Assembly (NCBI GenBank): GCA_030745755.1
Contig: JASLOA010000017.1
Span: forward strand, 8,896-72,895
Origin: Kiritimatiellia bacterium
GTDB lineage: Bacteria > Verrucomicrobiota > Kiritimatiellia > UBA8416 > JABMPJ01
DNA length: 64,000 bases
Direction of reading: 5' to 3'
Shown here: positions 11,491 through 21,056 of the stretch, piece by piece
Position numbering within the stretch: position 1 is the first letter of the stretch
How the letters are laid out: each line of letters opens with the position of its first letter
Made by a program: the position numbers and the translations under genes
Notes under the pieces: generated by a model
What the model was told of the DNA's origin: nothing
What the model saw: the letters and a program-made list of their open reading frames with translations, nothing else
Database searches by the model: none

Positions 11491-13617
11491 TCACGCCAAG
11501 GCGAAATCCAGTTTGCGCCCTTCCATATCGACGTTTGCAATCACCACTTTCAGGCGCGACTCAACCACGTAGCGCTTCTTCCCCGCTCGCAACGACTGGT
11601 TGGTGCGGCTATGGCGCACGAAGCCGCTGGACAGTTCGCGCACGTGAACCAGGCCCTGGACTTGCAGGGCGGGTATCTCAACAAACAGGCCGAAATTCAT
11701 AACGCTCACAACCACAGCTTCGTAGGTTTCCGGATTGCCCGAATCGAGCTGCTGTTTGAGAAAACGGTATTTCTTAATCTCCACGACGGCCCGTTCGGCT
11801 TCATCAGCACGCCGCTCGGTGTCTGAGCAGGACACAGAGACCTTTTCCAGCTCATCCTTGCCATACATCCGCGGCCCCCGCTTGGCACCCGGCTTGGCGC
11901 GCTTCAGCAGCAGGGCGCCCAGTTGACGGTGGACAATCAGGTCCGGGTAGCGCCGAATGGGCGACGTAAAATGGCCGTAATACTGTTTGGACAGCCCGAA
12001 GTGTTCGGCCCGCTCGGGGGTGTATTCCGCGCGATTCATGCTCTTGAGCACAGCGAGGCGCACATAGTCAGCCCGTGCATCCCCCTTCACGCTGCGCAGA
12101 AACTTGGCCAGGTTGCGTCGATTGGTCAGGTCGCCCGGCTCAAAACCAAGCCCGCTCAACTCAGCCGTCAGGTCCTGCATCTTCTCGGCGCTGGGTGGAG
12201 CGTGAACACGATAGATCGAGGGAACGGCCTGGTCAGATAGCTCGCGCGCCGTGGCCTCGTTGGCCGCCACCATGCACTCTTCCACCAGTTGGTGCGACTC
12301 GTCATTGGCCACCATACGGATGCCTGTCGTAACGCCCTGCTTATCGACCTGGACCTCGGGCTCCGGGGCATCCAGCTCCAGGGCATACTTTGCAAAGCGG
12401 CGCTTGCGGAACTGCTGTGCCAGCCGGTGCAGATCCCGCAGCAGACGCCCAGCTTGCTTGCCTATGCCCTTCGGGTTCTCTCCCATCAGCACCGGCAGCA
12501 CCTCTTCGTACGTGAAGCGACGACTGGACCGGATACGCGTTCGTGCAAATCGACTGCTCACGACCTGCCCCTTGTCGTCCACGGTCATGAAGACCGAGAA
12601 GGCCAGTCGGTCCACATCGGGGCGCAGACTGCAGACGCCATTCGAGAGCTGCTCGGGTAGCATGGGGATCACGCGGTCCGGCAGATAGACACTGTTGCCC
12701 CGGAGACGGGCTTCCTTGTCCAGATCGGAGCGGGGTCTCACGAAATGACTCACATCAGCGATGTGCACCCCCAGCACACGCCGTCCTTCTTCGTCGCGTT
12801 CCATGGAGAGCGCGTCATCGAAATCGCGCGCCTTGGCCGGGTCGATCGTCAGGATGAACTGTTTCCGCAGATCCACCCGCCGTCCGGGCTTCTCCAACTG
12901 ACCGCTGACAGTCTCTGCTTCTGTCAGTACGGTGGATGGAAACTCATCCGGCAGTCCGTAATGACGAATCGCAGCAATCGTGTCCTGTGAAGGACTGTCG
13001 GCCGGTCCCAACGACTCCACGATCTCGGCCTCGGGGTTGATGTGTGGATCGTCCCATCCCGCAAAACGGATGATCACGCGATCGCCGATCTCGGCTCCGG
13101 CCGCTTCCGGCACGTAGAAGTCCTTCTTGTAGCGCGGGTCCATCGGGATCACATAGAAGAAGCGGTCGGTCCGCTTAAGCGTACCCACAATTTCACGCTG
13201 AGCGCGTGCCAGGATGCGAATCACCCGTCCTACCCTGACGCGGTCATCCGTGATGCGTTCGGCCAACTCACGGCCAACCCGTACCACAACCGTGTCACCG
13301 GGAAGTGCGGTTCCAATGGCGCGACGCGGAACAAAGGCCACACAGCTCCCGCCGGCCCCTTGCACATAGCCATCTCCCCGCTTGCTGACATCCAGCCGAC
13401 CCGTCACCAGGTCGGCCTCCGCACCAATTGAATAGCGCTGCCCGCGAATGCGTACGATCTCACCCGCCAGCAGCAGCTCGTTCAGCACTTTCTGAAGCTG
13501 CTTCTTCTGTGCCCCACGCAGTTTCAGCGCACTGCTGATCTCGTTGGCCGACGGCGGCCGGCGCTTCTCGGTGTGGAGATGCTCCAGCACAGCCTGTTTC
13601 AAACTTCCATGTTTCAT
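11491..13617 (-). CDS. rnr: Ribonuclease R
   Basis: N-terminal HTH, cold-shock domains, TIDPAKARDFDDA, HFTSPIRRYPDL, C-terminal S1. Confidence 0.95.
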   Translation of the reverse strand: MKHGSLKQAVLEHLHTEKRRPPSANEISSALKLRGAQKKQLQKVLNELLLAGEIVRIRGQRYSIGAEADLVTGRLDVSKRGDGYVQGAGGSCVAFVPRRAIGTALPGDTVVVRVGRELAERITDDRVRVGRVIRILARAQREIVGTLKRTDRFFYVIPMDPRYKKDFYVPEAAGAEIGDRVIIRFAGWDDPHINPEAEIVESLGPADSPSQDTIAAIRHYGLPDEFPSTVLTEAETVSGQLEKPGRRVDLRKQFILTIDPAKARDFDDALSMERDEEGRRVLGVHIADVSHFVRPRSDLDKEARLRGNSVYLPDRVIPMLPEQLSNGVCSLRPDVDRLAFSVFMTVDDKGQVVSSRFARTRIRSSRRFTYEEVLPVLMGENPKGIGKQAGRLLRDLHRLAQQFRKRRFAKYALELDAPEPEVQVDKQGVTTGIRMVANDESHQLVEECMVAANEATARELSDQAVPSIYRVHAPPSAEKMQDLTAELSGLGFEPGDLTNRRNLAKFLRSVKGDARADYVRLAVLKSMNRAEYTPERAEHFGLSKQYYGHFTSPIRRYPDLIVHRQLGALLLKRAKPGAKRGPRMYGKDELEKVSVSCSDTERRADEAERAVVEIKKYRFLKQQLDSGNPETYEAVVVSVMNFGLFVEIPALQVQGLVHVRELSSGFVRHSRTNQSLRAGKKRYVVESRLKVVIANVDMEGRKLDFALA

Positions 13618-13937
13618 AATTCACTTTCTGCCGCGGCACAGATGGCCTCCCAGCCATCATAGTTCCAGTCGAGCGGGAAGGCACGGCACTGGTAAGGTTT
13701 TGCTTCTTCGATCCGGCATCCATCGCTGTCCAGCATCGAACAGCTATGATCCTTCCGCTCAATGATGCTCAACCCGATGCGGTCCCGTGTCAGACGTGTA
13801 TGGCTCTGGATAAACGCATCCGTTGAAATGCCCAGCAACGCCGCAATCTTCTCCGGCTCCCCGTCCAGGAGTCGCACCTCGCCGGGGATCCGGCAGCAAT
13901 TGCCACAGCGTTCGCAGCTAAAATCAGTGGTCGTCAT
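13614..13937 (-). CDS. YkgJ-family cysteine-cluster (Zn/Fe-chelating) protein
   Basis: FSCERCGNCC ... C-x-L-D-x-x-G-C-x-I ... KPYQCRAFP; start taken at MTTTDF, overlapping the thrC stop. Confidence 0.85.
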   Translation of the reverse strand: MTTTDFSCERCGNCCRIPGEVRLLDGEPEKIAALLGISTDAFIQSHTRLTRDRIGLSIIERKDHSCSMLDSDGCRIEEAKPYQCRAFPLDWNYDGWEAICAAAESEL

Positions 13938-15429
13938 CGGCAGCAATCTCAGAGTCAGGCGTGTCGGGTGCACTCTCATCCTGCTCATGCTCTGTCGGTG
14001 CGGCCCCTTCTTCCTCTTCTTCAGATTCCGGCGCCACACCAGGCCGTTTCCCTATCCGTGCCTCTAGAAACTCCCGCACCGTGTCAGCGTCAGCAGCAAT
14101 CACTTCACAACGCGTGGGCAAGTCGGTCAGGGCCTCGACCACCTCGTGGCGGGCGATGTCGGAGCCGGTCGCCTGCTCGATGGCCGCGGGAAACTTGGCC
14201 GGATGCGCGGTTGAAAGGCAGATCATCGGCTCCGATTCGTCCAGGAAGCGGCGGCCGACGCACACCCCGACAGCGGAGTGCGGGTCGAGCAGGTAATCAT
14301 GTGCCTTGTGGATATCACGAATCGTATCGAGGGTCGCCCTGGTATCGCCCATGTCGGCTACAATCAAGTCGTCAAACGGCACATCGTCACGTCGTGGCAG
14401 CGTGAGACGTCCGGTCGCGGCGAAAGCGTTCATCAGGACGCGTACCGTTTCGGCTGATTCACCCAGGCGGTAGTAGAGATAGCGTTCAAAATTGCTGGCC
14501 ACCTGGATGTCCATGGACGGGCTCAAGGTCGGATGTACGTCGCCCAGGCTATAGTCGCCATCGGAGAAACAGCGGGCCAGGATGTCATTCTCGTTTGTGG
14601 CAAGGACGAGTTTGCCCATCGGCAACCCCATCCGCGCGGCGATGTACCCGGCGAAGATGTCCCCGAAATTCCCGGTCGGAACGGCGAATCGAACACGCGT
14701 GGCGCCGGTCGTCTCCATCACGCGAAAGGCGGCATAGAAGTAGTAGACCACTTGTGCCAGCAGGCGTGCCCAGTTGATCGAGTTAACCGACCCCAGGTTC
14801 CAGCGGTCCTTGAACTCAAGGTCCGCAAAAAGGGTCTTCATCAGCTCCTGGCAGTCGTCAAAGGTTCCTTCCACGGCGAGGTTGAATACGTTGTCGTCCG
14901 CCACCGAGGTCATCTGGTGTTCCTGGATCGGGCTGACCCGTCCCTTGGGGTGCATCACGAATATCTTGATGCGGTCGCGCCCCCGCACGCCATAGATTGC
15001 GGCGCTGCCCGTATCACCACTCGTTGCAGCCAGGATATTCAGATTCTGCTGCCGCTGCTCAAGAATGTACTCGAAGAGGTTTCCGAGAAACTGAAGCGCC
15101 ACGTCTTTGAACGCCAGGGTCGGGCCGTGCCACAACTCCAGCACGTGCACGTCGCCCACCCGGGTTACCGGAGTGATCTCCGGCGCCCGGAACGTGGAGG
15201 TGCTGGTGCGAACCAAGGTCTTCAGGTCGTCGTCGGGCAGATCCACAAAGAGGCGCATTAATTCGTAGGCCAACTCCTCATAGTCGAGGGTGGCCCAGGA
15301 CGCCAAGCGGTCCGAGACGTCAGGAATGTGCTCGGGCAGGAGCAGTCCCCCATCGCGAGCCAACCCCATCATGACGGCATCGCTGAACCCAATCGGCTCA
15401 ATACCGCCACGCGTACTGATATATCGCAT
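13924..15429 (-). CDS. thrC: Threonine synthase
   Basis: MRYISTRG, ELWHGPTLAFKD (PLP Lys), ATSGDTGSAA, SVNSINWAR, VPTGNFG. Confidence 0.96.
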   Translation of the reverse strand: MRYISTRGGIEPIGFSDAVMMGLARDGGLLLPEHIPDVSDRLASWATLDYEELAYELMRLFVDLPDDDLKTLVRTSTSTFRAPEITPVTRVGDVHVLELWHGPTLAFKDVALQFLGNLFEYILEQRQQNLNILAATSGDTGSAAIYGVRGRDRIKIFVMHPKGRVSPIQEHQMTSVADDNVFNLAVEGTFDDCQELMKTLFADLEFKDRWNLGSVNSINWARLLAQVVYYFYAAFRVMETTGATRVRFAVPTGNFGDIFAGYIAARMGLPMGKLVLATNENDILARCFSDGDYSLGDVHPTLSPSMDIQVASNFERYLYYRLGESAETVRVLMNAFAATGRLTLPRRDDVPFDDLIVADMGDTRATLDTIRDIHKAHDYLLDPHSAVGVCVGRRFLDESEPMICLSTAHPAKFPAAIEQATGSDIARHEVVEALTDLPTRCEVIAADADTVREFLEARIGKRPGVAPESEEEEEGAAPTEHEQDESAPDTPDSEIAADDDH

Positions 15430-15545
15430 ACTCATTTCCGGATGATTACAGAATGGGGTGACAAACGAAAGCGGGAATGCCCACGGGCCGGCGATGACAC
15501 CTAGTGCCCTGTAACGCAAATAGGCTCCCAAAATGCCCTAAGTAC

Positions 15546-15643
15546 TGTCATTCCGAGCGAAGCGAGAGCCTGTGCTGAGCTTGCCGAAGTAAATCTCAGC
15601 CTCATGATGTGGCAGAGATCCCTCGACTTCGCTCGGGATGACA
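15546..15643. mobile_element. 98-bp non-autonomous MITE/REP-like element with 17-bp terminal inverted repeats
   Basis: TGTCATTCCGAGCGAAG ... CTTCGCTCGGGATGACA (one mismatch). Confidence 0.75.
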
Positions 15644-15678
15644 CACGAGTTATACAAACGCAATTGTGAGACACAACA

Positions 15679-15978
15679 CTAGTAAAGGATTTCGAACGCA
15701 TCGTGGCGAGCCTCTCGTTCACTGTAGTCTTCGGTCATTTCCAACACCCGGGCTGAGGGCGGACCTTTTTGCAGCCAGCCGCGCAGAACGGCGAGTCCTG
15801 CCTCGCTGCCCTCGGCCATCACCTCAACGCGGCCATCGCCCAGGTTGCGCACCCAACCAGTCAGCCCCACTCTTTGCGCCTCATCGCGACAGGCCCAGCG
15901 AAAACACACGCCCTGCACACGGCCCGTAAGAAAAAAATGTCCACAGCGCGTCTTCAATTCTGTGCATCCCTCATTGAC
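15679..15978 (-). CDS. acyP: Acylphosphatase
   Basis: GRVQGVCFR, GWVRNLGDGRVEV, GPPSARV; GTG start is an estimate. Confidence 0.9.
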   Translation of the reverse strand, partial: VNEGCTELKTRCGHFFLTGRVQGVCFRWACRDEAQRVGLTGWVRNLGDGRVEVMAEGSEAGLAVLRGWLQKGPPSARVLEMTEDYSEREARHDAFEILY

Positions 15979-16046
15979 TCGTCTTCCATCCACTGTCAGA
16001 GTATCCGCGTTCAAGAACCAAACCATAATCGTACCATGCGGAGAGA

Positions 16047-16271
16047 ATGATGGAAGAGCAGATTAAGGCAAAACTGGAAGAGATTCGCCCCATGCTTCAG
16101 GCCGACGGCGGCGACCTTGAGGTCGTCACCATTGAAGGCACGGACGTTACCCTACGTCTCAAAGGCGCTTGCGGGGGCTGCCCGCACGCCACCATGACCA
16201 TCAAGCAGGGCATCCAACGAATCCTGCGCGAACAGGTTGACGAGAATATTGTGGTTGAGCAGGCGGTGTAG
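16047..16271 (+). CDS. NifU/NfuA C-terminal domain protein
   Basis: IRPMLQADGGD, LKGACGGCPHA (CxxC). Confidence 0.92.
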   Translation: MMEEQIKAKLEEIRPMLQADGGDLEVVTIEGTDVTLRLKGACGGCPHATMTIKQGIQRILREQVDENIVVEQAV

Positions 16272-16360
16272 GGTCACATCTTCGAAATGCCGGGAGCGGG
16301 GAAGCAGGGCTGTCCTCTCAGCCTGGCAGGTCGAGCGAAGCTCCGTTTACCCAGAGCGGA

Positions 16361-16429
16361 GGAGAGGGGTCTCCCTCGCAGGCCTATTATTGCGAAGCAA
16401 TACTCCAGCCAAGAGGGAGACCCCTCTCC
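16361..16429. repeat. Perfect 17-bp inverted repeat between convergent nifU-like gene and tRNA-Leu
   Basis: GGAGAGGGGTCTCCCTC (16361-16377) and GAGGGAGACCCCTCTCC (16413-16429), with an inner ATTGC-GAA-GCAAT hairpin. Confidence 0.8.
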
Positions 16430-16438
16430 GGAGCGGCA

Positions 16439-16521
16439 TGCCGGGGGAGGGAGTCGAACCCTCACGGTGTTGCCACCGCTGGATTTTGAGTCCAGTGCGT
16501 CTGCCATTTCGCCACCCCGGC
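16439..16521 (-). tRNA. tRNA-Leu(CAA)
   Basis: GCCGGGG/CCCCGGC acceptor stem, anticodon arm CTGGA-CTCAAAA-TCCAG, long variable arm, GGTTCGACTCC T-arm; CCA not encoded. Confidence 0.95.
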
Positions 16522-16565
16522 GCTCTCGGCAGCAGCCTGCGCTTCTTCAGGCCAACCGAGCCCGA

Positions 16566-16594
16566 AAGCTACGCCAAGGCCTCGCGGTTGTCAA
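16566..16594 (-). promoter_or_regulatory. Putative sigma70 promoter for tRNA-Leu
   Basis: Minus strand TTGACA-17 bp-TAGCTT. Confidence 0.65.
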
Positions 16595-16652
16595 GGTTGG
16601 GGCAGAAACCGTTTGCTGTTGGGCTATACTGCTGCTAAAAACGCTCATAGAT

Positions 16653-18569
16653 ATGGCTGATGACACTCCCCATCCTGCGCCGGTGCGCCTGCTTCTCATT
16701 GAGGACGAATCCGGGTATGCCGGCATGGTGCAACATACGCTGGACAGTGCAGACGAGTCCTTCGATATCACGTGGGTCCCGTCCCTGGGAGAGGCGATAG
16801 CCCAACTGAAGATAGCGTCGTTCGATGCGGCCATCCTCGACCTGACACTCCCTGACAGCGAGGGCGTCGCGACCGTCGCTCGCCTGCGCCCCGTGGCACC
16901 TCGCCTGCCGATTGTGGTCCTTAGCGGACTGGATGACGAGGCCATTATCTATGATGTGCTGAGCCGCGGCGTGCAGGACTACCTGATCAAGGACACCTCC
17001 GCGACCGTGCTCCTCCCGCGTGCGATCCGCTATGCCATCGAGAGCAAGCGCATGGACATCCAGCTCCGCGAGACGGTCGACCGCCTTGAGGGCCTCTTCA
17101 AGCAGTCGCCGGACGCCATCTTTGTCGAGAGCAACGAGGGGATCATTCTTGATGTCAATCCGGCCGCCTGCCGCCTCCATCACATGTCACGCGAGGAGCT
17201 GGTTGGTAAACACGTTCTTGAACTGGTTCCCGTGGAGAGACGCGAGGCGGTCCGGAAGCGGTTCCATGAATGGCTTAGCTGCGAGATGCAGCGGTTTGAG
17301 GGCTTCAGCAGAACAAGTGACGGCGAGGACGTACCCGTGGAAATCCGTGGAGCCAGGATTTCATACAACGGGGAACCTGCGCTGCTTCTCCACGTTCGTG
17401 ACATATCTGAGCGCAGAGAATCCGAAGCGGCCCTGGCCGAGAGCCAACAGCGATTTCGAGACCTCGCGGACCTGATTCCTCTCCCCCTGTGGGAGACAGA
17501 TCTCGATGGCAATTTCACGTACACCAATCGCGCCGGCTACGAAACATTCGGCTATGCCGAGGCGGATGTAGAGCGGGGGCTGCATGCCCTGACCGTCTTT
17601 GCACGCAAAGACCGGATACGCATGACGAAGGAGTTCCTCGCGCGACTCGCCGACAAGACCTATGAGAGCCAGGAGTACACCTGTGTCACCTCGGAGGGAC
17701 GCACGTTTCCTGTGCTCATGTACAGTGCCCCCATCCTGCAGGATGGCGAAGTGATAGGACTGCGAGGGATCACGCTTGATATCGAAGACCGCGTGGCACT
17801 GGAACGCCAACTGCGGCAGACTGAGAAGCATGAATCCCTCGGCACATTGGCAAAGGGCGTGGCACGCGAGATCAGCAATCCTGTCATGGGCATTATCGGT
17901 TATGCAGACCTCCTTAAAGACTTCTTCAAGGAAGACGATGAGGGCACGGATTTCATCGGCGAAATCATCCGCAATGCTCGCGGCATCTCGAATCTGACTC
18001 GAGATCTCCTGCGATTCTCGCCCCCCGATATGATCGACTCGTGGGACCGGCTACAAGTCACCGAGGTCGTTAACAACACGGCGTCCCTGGTTCGTTCCAG
18101 CCTTGAAGAAAGCGGCATCACATTGTCGACGGAGCTGGGCGTCGCACCTCCCCTGGTACACGGAAACGAGCAACAGATCCAACAGCTGCTGATGCACCTC
18201 ATCACAAACTCGCAGGATGCACTTAACGAACAAGACCCACCATCCACTGCAGATAAACGCATCACGGTTACCGTCCGCCCCCTCAGCGATGATGAATGGC
18301 AGCCGGCACAGAGCCCCTCTGAGCCGGCAGGCCACACAACCGGTGTCCGCATCACGGTGGAGGATAATGGCCCGGGGGTATCGGAGCATACCCAGGAGCG
18401 GATATTCGACCCCTTCTTCTCAACCAAACCACGGGACGAAGGCACTGGCCTTGGGCTCTCCATCAGTCACAGCATTGTTCGCGAGCACGGTGGACAGATC
18501 ACGGTTGAGAGTGAGCAAGGCGCCTATACGCGCATCCATATCGACCTGCCCATCGTCACAGGGGTTTAG
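16653..18569 (+). CDS. REC-PAS-PAS-HisKA-HATPase hybrid sensor with H-box His replaced by Arg
   Basis: Receiver LIEDE..LDLTLPD..SG..IK; two PAS/PAC domains; H-box VAREISNP; DNGPG, FDPFFSTK, GTGLGL. Confidence 0.9.
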   Translation: MADDTPHPAPVRLLLIEDESGYAGMVQHTLDSADESFDITWVPSLGEAIAQLKIASFDAAILDLTLPDSEGVATVARLRPVAPRLPIVVLSGLDDEAIIYDVLSRGVQDYLIKDTSATVLLPRAIRYAIESKRMDIQLRETVDRLEGLFKQSPDAIFVESNEGIILDVNPAACRLHHMSREELVGKHVLELVPVERREAVRKRFHEWLSCEMQRFEGFSRTSDGEDVPVEIRGARISYNGEPALLLHVRDISERRESEAALAESQQRFRDLADLIPLPLWETDLDGNFTYTNRAGYETFGYAEADVERGLHALTVFARKDRIRMTKEFLARLADKTYESQEYTCVTSEGRTFPVLMYSAPILQDGEVIGLRGITLDIEDRVALERQLRQTEKHESLGTLAKGVAREISNPVMGIIGYADLLKDFFKEDDEGTDFIGEIIRNARGISNLTRDLLRFSPPDMIDSWDRLQVTEVVNNTASLVRSSLEESGITLSTELGVAPPLVHGNEQQIQQLLMHLITNSQDALNEQDPPSTADKRITVTVRPLSDDEWQPAQSPSEPAGHTTGVRITVEDNGPGVSEHTQERIFDPFFSTKPRDEGTGLGLSISHSIVREHGGQITVESEQGAYTRIHIDLPIVTGV

Positions 18570-19021
18570 CGATCGTAGTTGCTGCCCCACCCCACCGTCT
18601 GCCGGTCGGGATCGGCAAGCGAGCGGAGGAGCGCAACGGCGGCCCTTGGCTCCAATGCCGCTGCTTCCAGGTTGTCCAAACGCTCCCAACGAAAATCCAG
18701 CCAGTCTTCGGCTGATCGCACCTCTTCACCCGGGAGCAATCCGGGGATGCTCAGTTCGAAAAGAAGATTGATTTCATCGATCTCGCGGCCCTTCTGTTCG
18801 AACCGGTTCTCCACGGCTCCAAGAAAGGCGCCCACGTGTGCGACAACACCCAACTCTTCCTTGATCTCGCGGGTGAGTGCCGTGGCGGCAGACTCGCCCT
18901 TTTCGATGTGTCCACCGGGCAGATAGGTATTCGCATGGCCACGTCCGTGACAGAGCAGGAGATACCCGTCCACCACACAGACTCCACGGGTGATCACTTC
19001 AATTCCATGCCGATTAGTCAT
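18566..19021 (-). CDS. NUDIX hydrolase
   Basis: LPGGHIEKGESAATALTREIKEELG Nudix box; ATGA overlap with folC. Confidence 0.9.
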   Translation of the reverse strand: MTNRHGIEVITRGVCVVDGYLLLCHGRGHANTYLPGGHIEKGESAATALTREIKEELGVVAHVGAFLGAVENRFEQKGREIDEINLLFELSIPGLLPGEEVRSAEDWLDFRWERLDNLEAAALEPRAAVALLRSLADPDRQTVGWGSNYDR

Positions 19022-20316
19022 CGCCTGTTCTCCTGCCACCACTCCAGAACTTCACCCGCTAAGAACAGGGAGCCCGCCACGCACACACACCCCTCATTGC
19101 GACGTGCCCACTCCTGTGCCTCTGTCAGGGCCACCCCCAGGTCAGCACTGGCAACCGCATCAAGTCCAGCAGAGACAGCCAGGTGCTGCAGCTCATCCTG
19201 AGCCATGCCTCTTGAATGGGTCAGTGGCACGGTCCACACCTTCGGCTTGAGCACTGCCAACTCCTGCAGTGTAGCACGAATCTGCTTGTCTGCACACATA
19301 CCCAACACCAACCCCACCGGCTGCCCCTTCATCAGTCGCCTGAGTGCACGTGCCAAGGCGTGTGCAGCATCGGGATTGTGCGCGCCATCGACCAGGAGTA
19401 CCGGATCGCGCTGAAGCACCTGCAGGCGCCCCTCCCACTCTGTACACACGAGGCCCGCCGCCACTGCACTCTCTGAAACAGGCAGCCGCACGTCGTCGCG
19501 CAGCACTTCACATGCCGCAACTGCGAGCGCAATATTCTCGAGCTGGTGCTCACCCAGCAAGGGGACTGTCATGGGCGGGTAGATTGTAGTGGGTGTCGAA
19601 ATCTTCACGCGAAGACCATCCAGGCCCATATCCAACAGGTCCACGCTGATCGTCTCAGCGGCATCGCACAGAGGGGCGCCACGCTCGGCGGCCAGACGAA
19701 CCAGGACCTCACGCGCTTCCGCCGGCATGGCACCGATAACCACGGGGCGGCCCGGCTTGATGATGCCGCCTTTCTCGCCGGCAATGGCGGCCAGGTCATC
19801 GCCCAGGTAGTCCGAATGATCCATCGCTATGCGGGTTATCACAGAGACAGCCGGCCGCACAACATTGGTGGCATCCAATCGCCCCCCCATGCCCGTCTCC
19901 AGTACAGCTAATTGCACCCCGCTGTTCCGGAAGTGCTCAAAGGCCAGGGCAGCCGAGCACTCGAAAAACGTTACCGGCTGATCCCGCCTGGCATCCACCT
20001 CTTCGGCTGCGGTCTCAACCCGGCTCATCAGTTGCGTGAGCGTGGCGTCATCCACCATCTCACCGTTCACGCGAAATCGCTCGTTGAGACGTATGAGGTG
20101 CGGCGAGGTGAAGAGACCCGTACGGTATTCCGCCTCTCTCAGGATTGACGCCACCATGGCGCAGACTGAACCCTTGCCATTTGTGCCGGCCACATGCACC
20201 GCAGCAAAACTCTCCTCGGGATGTCCCAGCACATCCATCAGGGCAGCCACTGTTTCAATCCCCGGCTTGATCCCCAACCGGCGACGAGCGAACAGACGCT
20301 CAATCTGTTGTGTCAT
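19018..20316 (-). CDS. folC: Folylpolyglutamate synthase/dihydrofolate synthase
   Basis: HVAGTNGKGS, FTSPHL, LETGMGGRLDATN, DGAHNP, AGSLFL. Confidence 0.95.
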   Translation of the reverse strand: MTQQIERLFARRRLGIKPGIETVAALMDVLGHPEESFAAVHVAGTNGKGSVCAMVASILREAEYRTGLFTSPHLIRLNERFRVNGEMVDDATLTQLMSRVETAAEEVDARRDQPVTFFECSAALAFEHFRNSGVQLAVLETGMGGRLDATNVVRPAVSVITRIAMDHSDYLGDDLAAIAGEKGGIIKPGRPVVIGAMPAEAREVLVRLAAERGAPLCDAAETISVDLLDMGLDGLRVKISTPTTIYPPMTVPLLGEHQLENIALAVAACEVLRDDVRLPVSESAVAAGLVCTEWEGRLQVLQRDPVLLVDGAHNPDAAHALARALRRLMKGQPVGLVLGMCADKQIRATLQELAVLKPKVWTVPLTHSRGMAQDELQHLAVSAGLDAVASADLGVALTEAQEWARRNEGCVCVAGSLFLAGEVLEWWQENRR

Positions 20317-20324
20317 CTCCATCC

Positions 20325-21050
20325 CTACACTCCCCGTCCAACAGTGGCCACCCACACCCGGTGGGCGCCGGCTTGCTTCAAGGCCTTCGCCACGGCACTC
20401 ACCGTCGCGCCCGTTGTCATGATATCGTCAATCAGCAGCAGACTGCGACCCGAAACCCACCCGTTGGGCCGCACCGCAAAGGCGCCCTCCACGTTCTTGC
20501 GCCGCGCTGCAGCATTGAGCAGCGCCTGCGTATCCGTATGACGTGTGCGGTAGAGTCCGGCATCCGAGAACTCAAAACCCGCACGGCCCGCAACATGTTG
20601 CGCGAGCAGGCACGACTGGTTGAACGTCCGCTCACGGCGGCGTCGGCTGTGGAGCGGCACGTACGTCACGGCATCTATCACTTCGTTAGCGAAGTGAACG
20701 TCCACACAGCTGGACAACATGCCGCCCAGTTCCCGAACCAGGTGTGTGGCCTTTCCATACTTGAAGGCCTTCACGCAGTGCTGCAGGGCGCCCTCGTAAT
20801 GCGCCGCGGAGCGCGCGCGATCGAATGCGGGTGGGCGACGACGGCACCAGGCGCACACGTACGTGGCATCGACCTGCCCCTGCACAGGGTCACCACACCA
20901 ACTGCAGAACGGAAACTGGATCAGGGAGACATCACGGCTGCAGTCCCAACAGAGGTGACGCCCGCGTTCCTTGACGCTTGTACCACACACGACACAGGAC
21001 CGGGGATAGACAAAATCCAGAAACAGGGATGCTTTGTGCCAGAGCGGCAT
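20325..21050 (-). CDS. comF: ComF-family double zinc-ribbon phosphoribosyltransferase-like protein
   Basis: CxxC pairs, YVPLH..RRRERTFNQS, LLIDDIMTTGAT. Confidence 0.9.
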   Translation of the reverse strand: MPLWHKASLFLDFVYPRSCVVCGTSVKERGRHLCWDCSRDVSLIQFPFCSWCGDPVQGQVDATYVCAWCRRRPPAFDRARSAAHYEGALQHCVKAFKYGKATHLVRELGGMLSSCVDVHFANEVIDAVTYVPLHSRRRRERTFNQSCLLAQHVAGRAGFEFSDAGLYRTRHTDTQALLNAAARRKNVEGAFAVRPNGWVSGRSLLLIDDIMTTGATVSAVAKALKQAGAHRVWVATVGRGV

Positions 21051-21056
21051 GCGATC

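Noticed and set aside
16287-16652. N-terminal extension of the 760-aa ORF
   Set aside because: Overlaps tRNA-Leu on the opposite strand and a repeat; the real start is most likely ATG 16653
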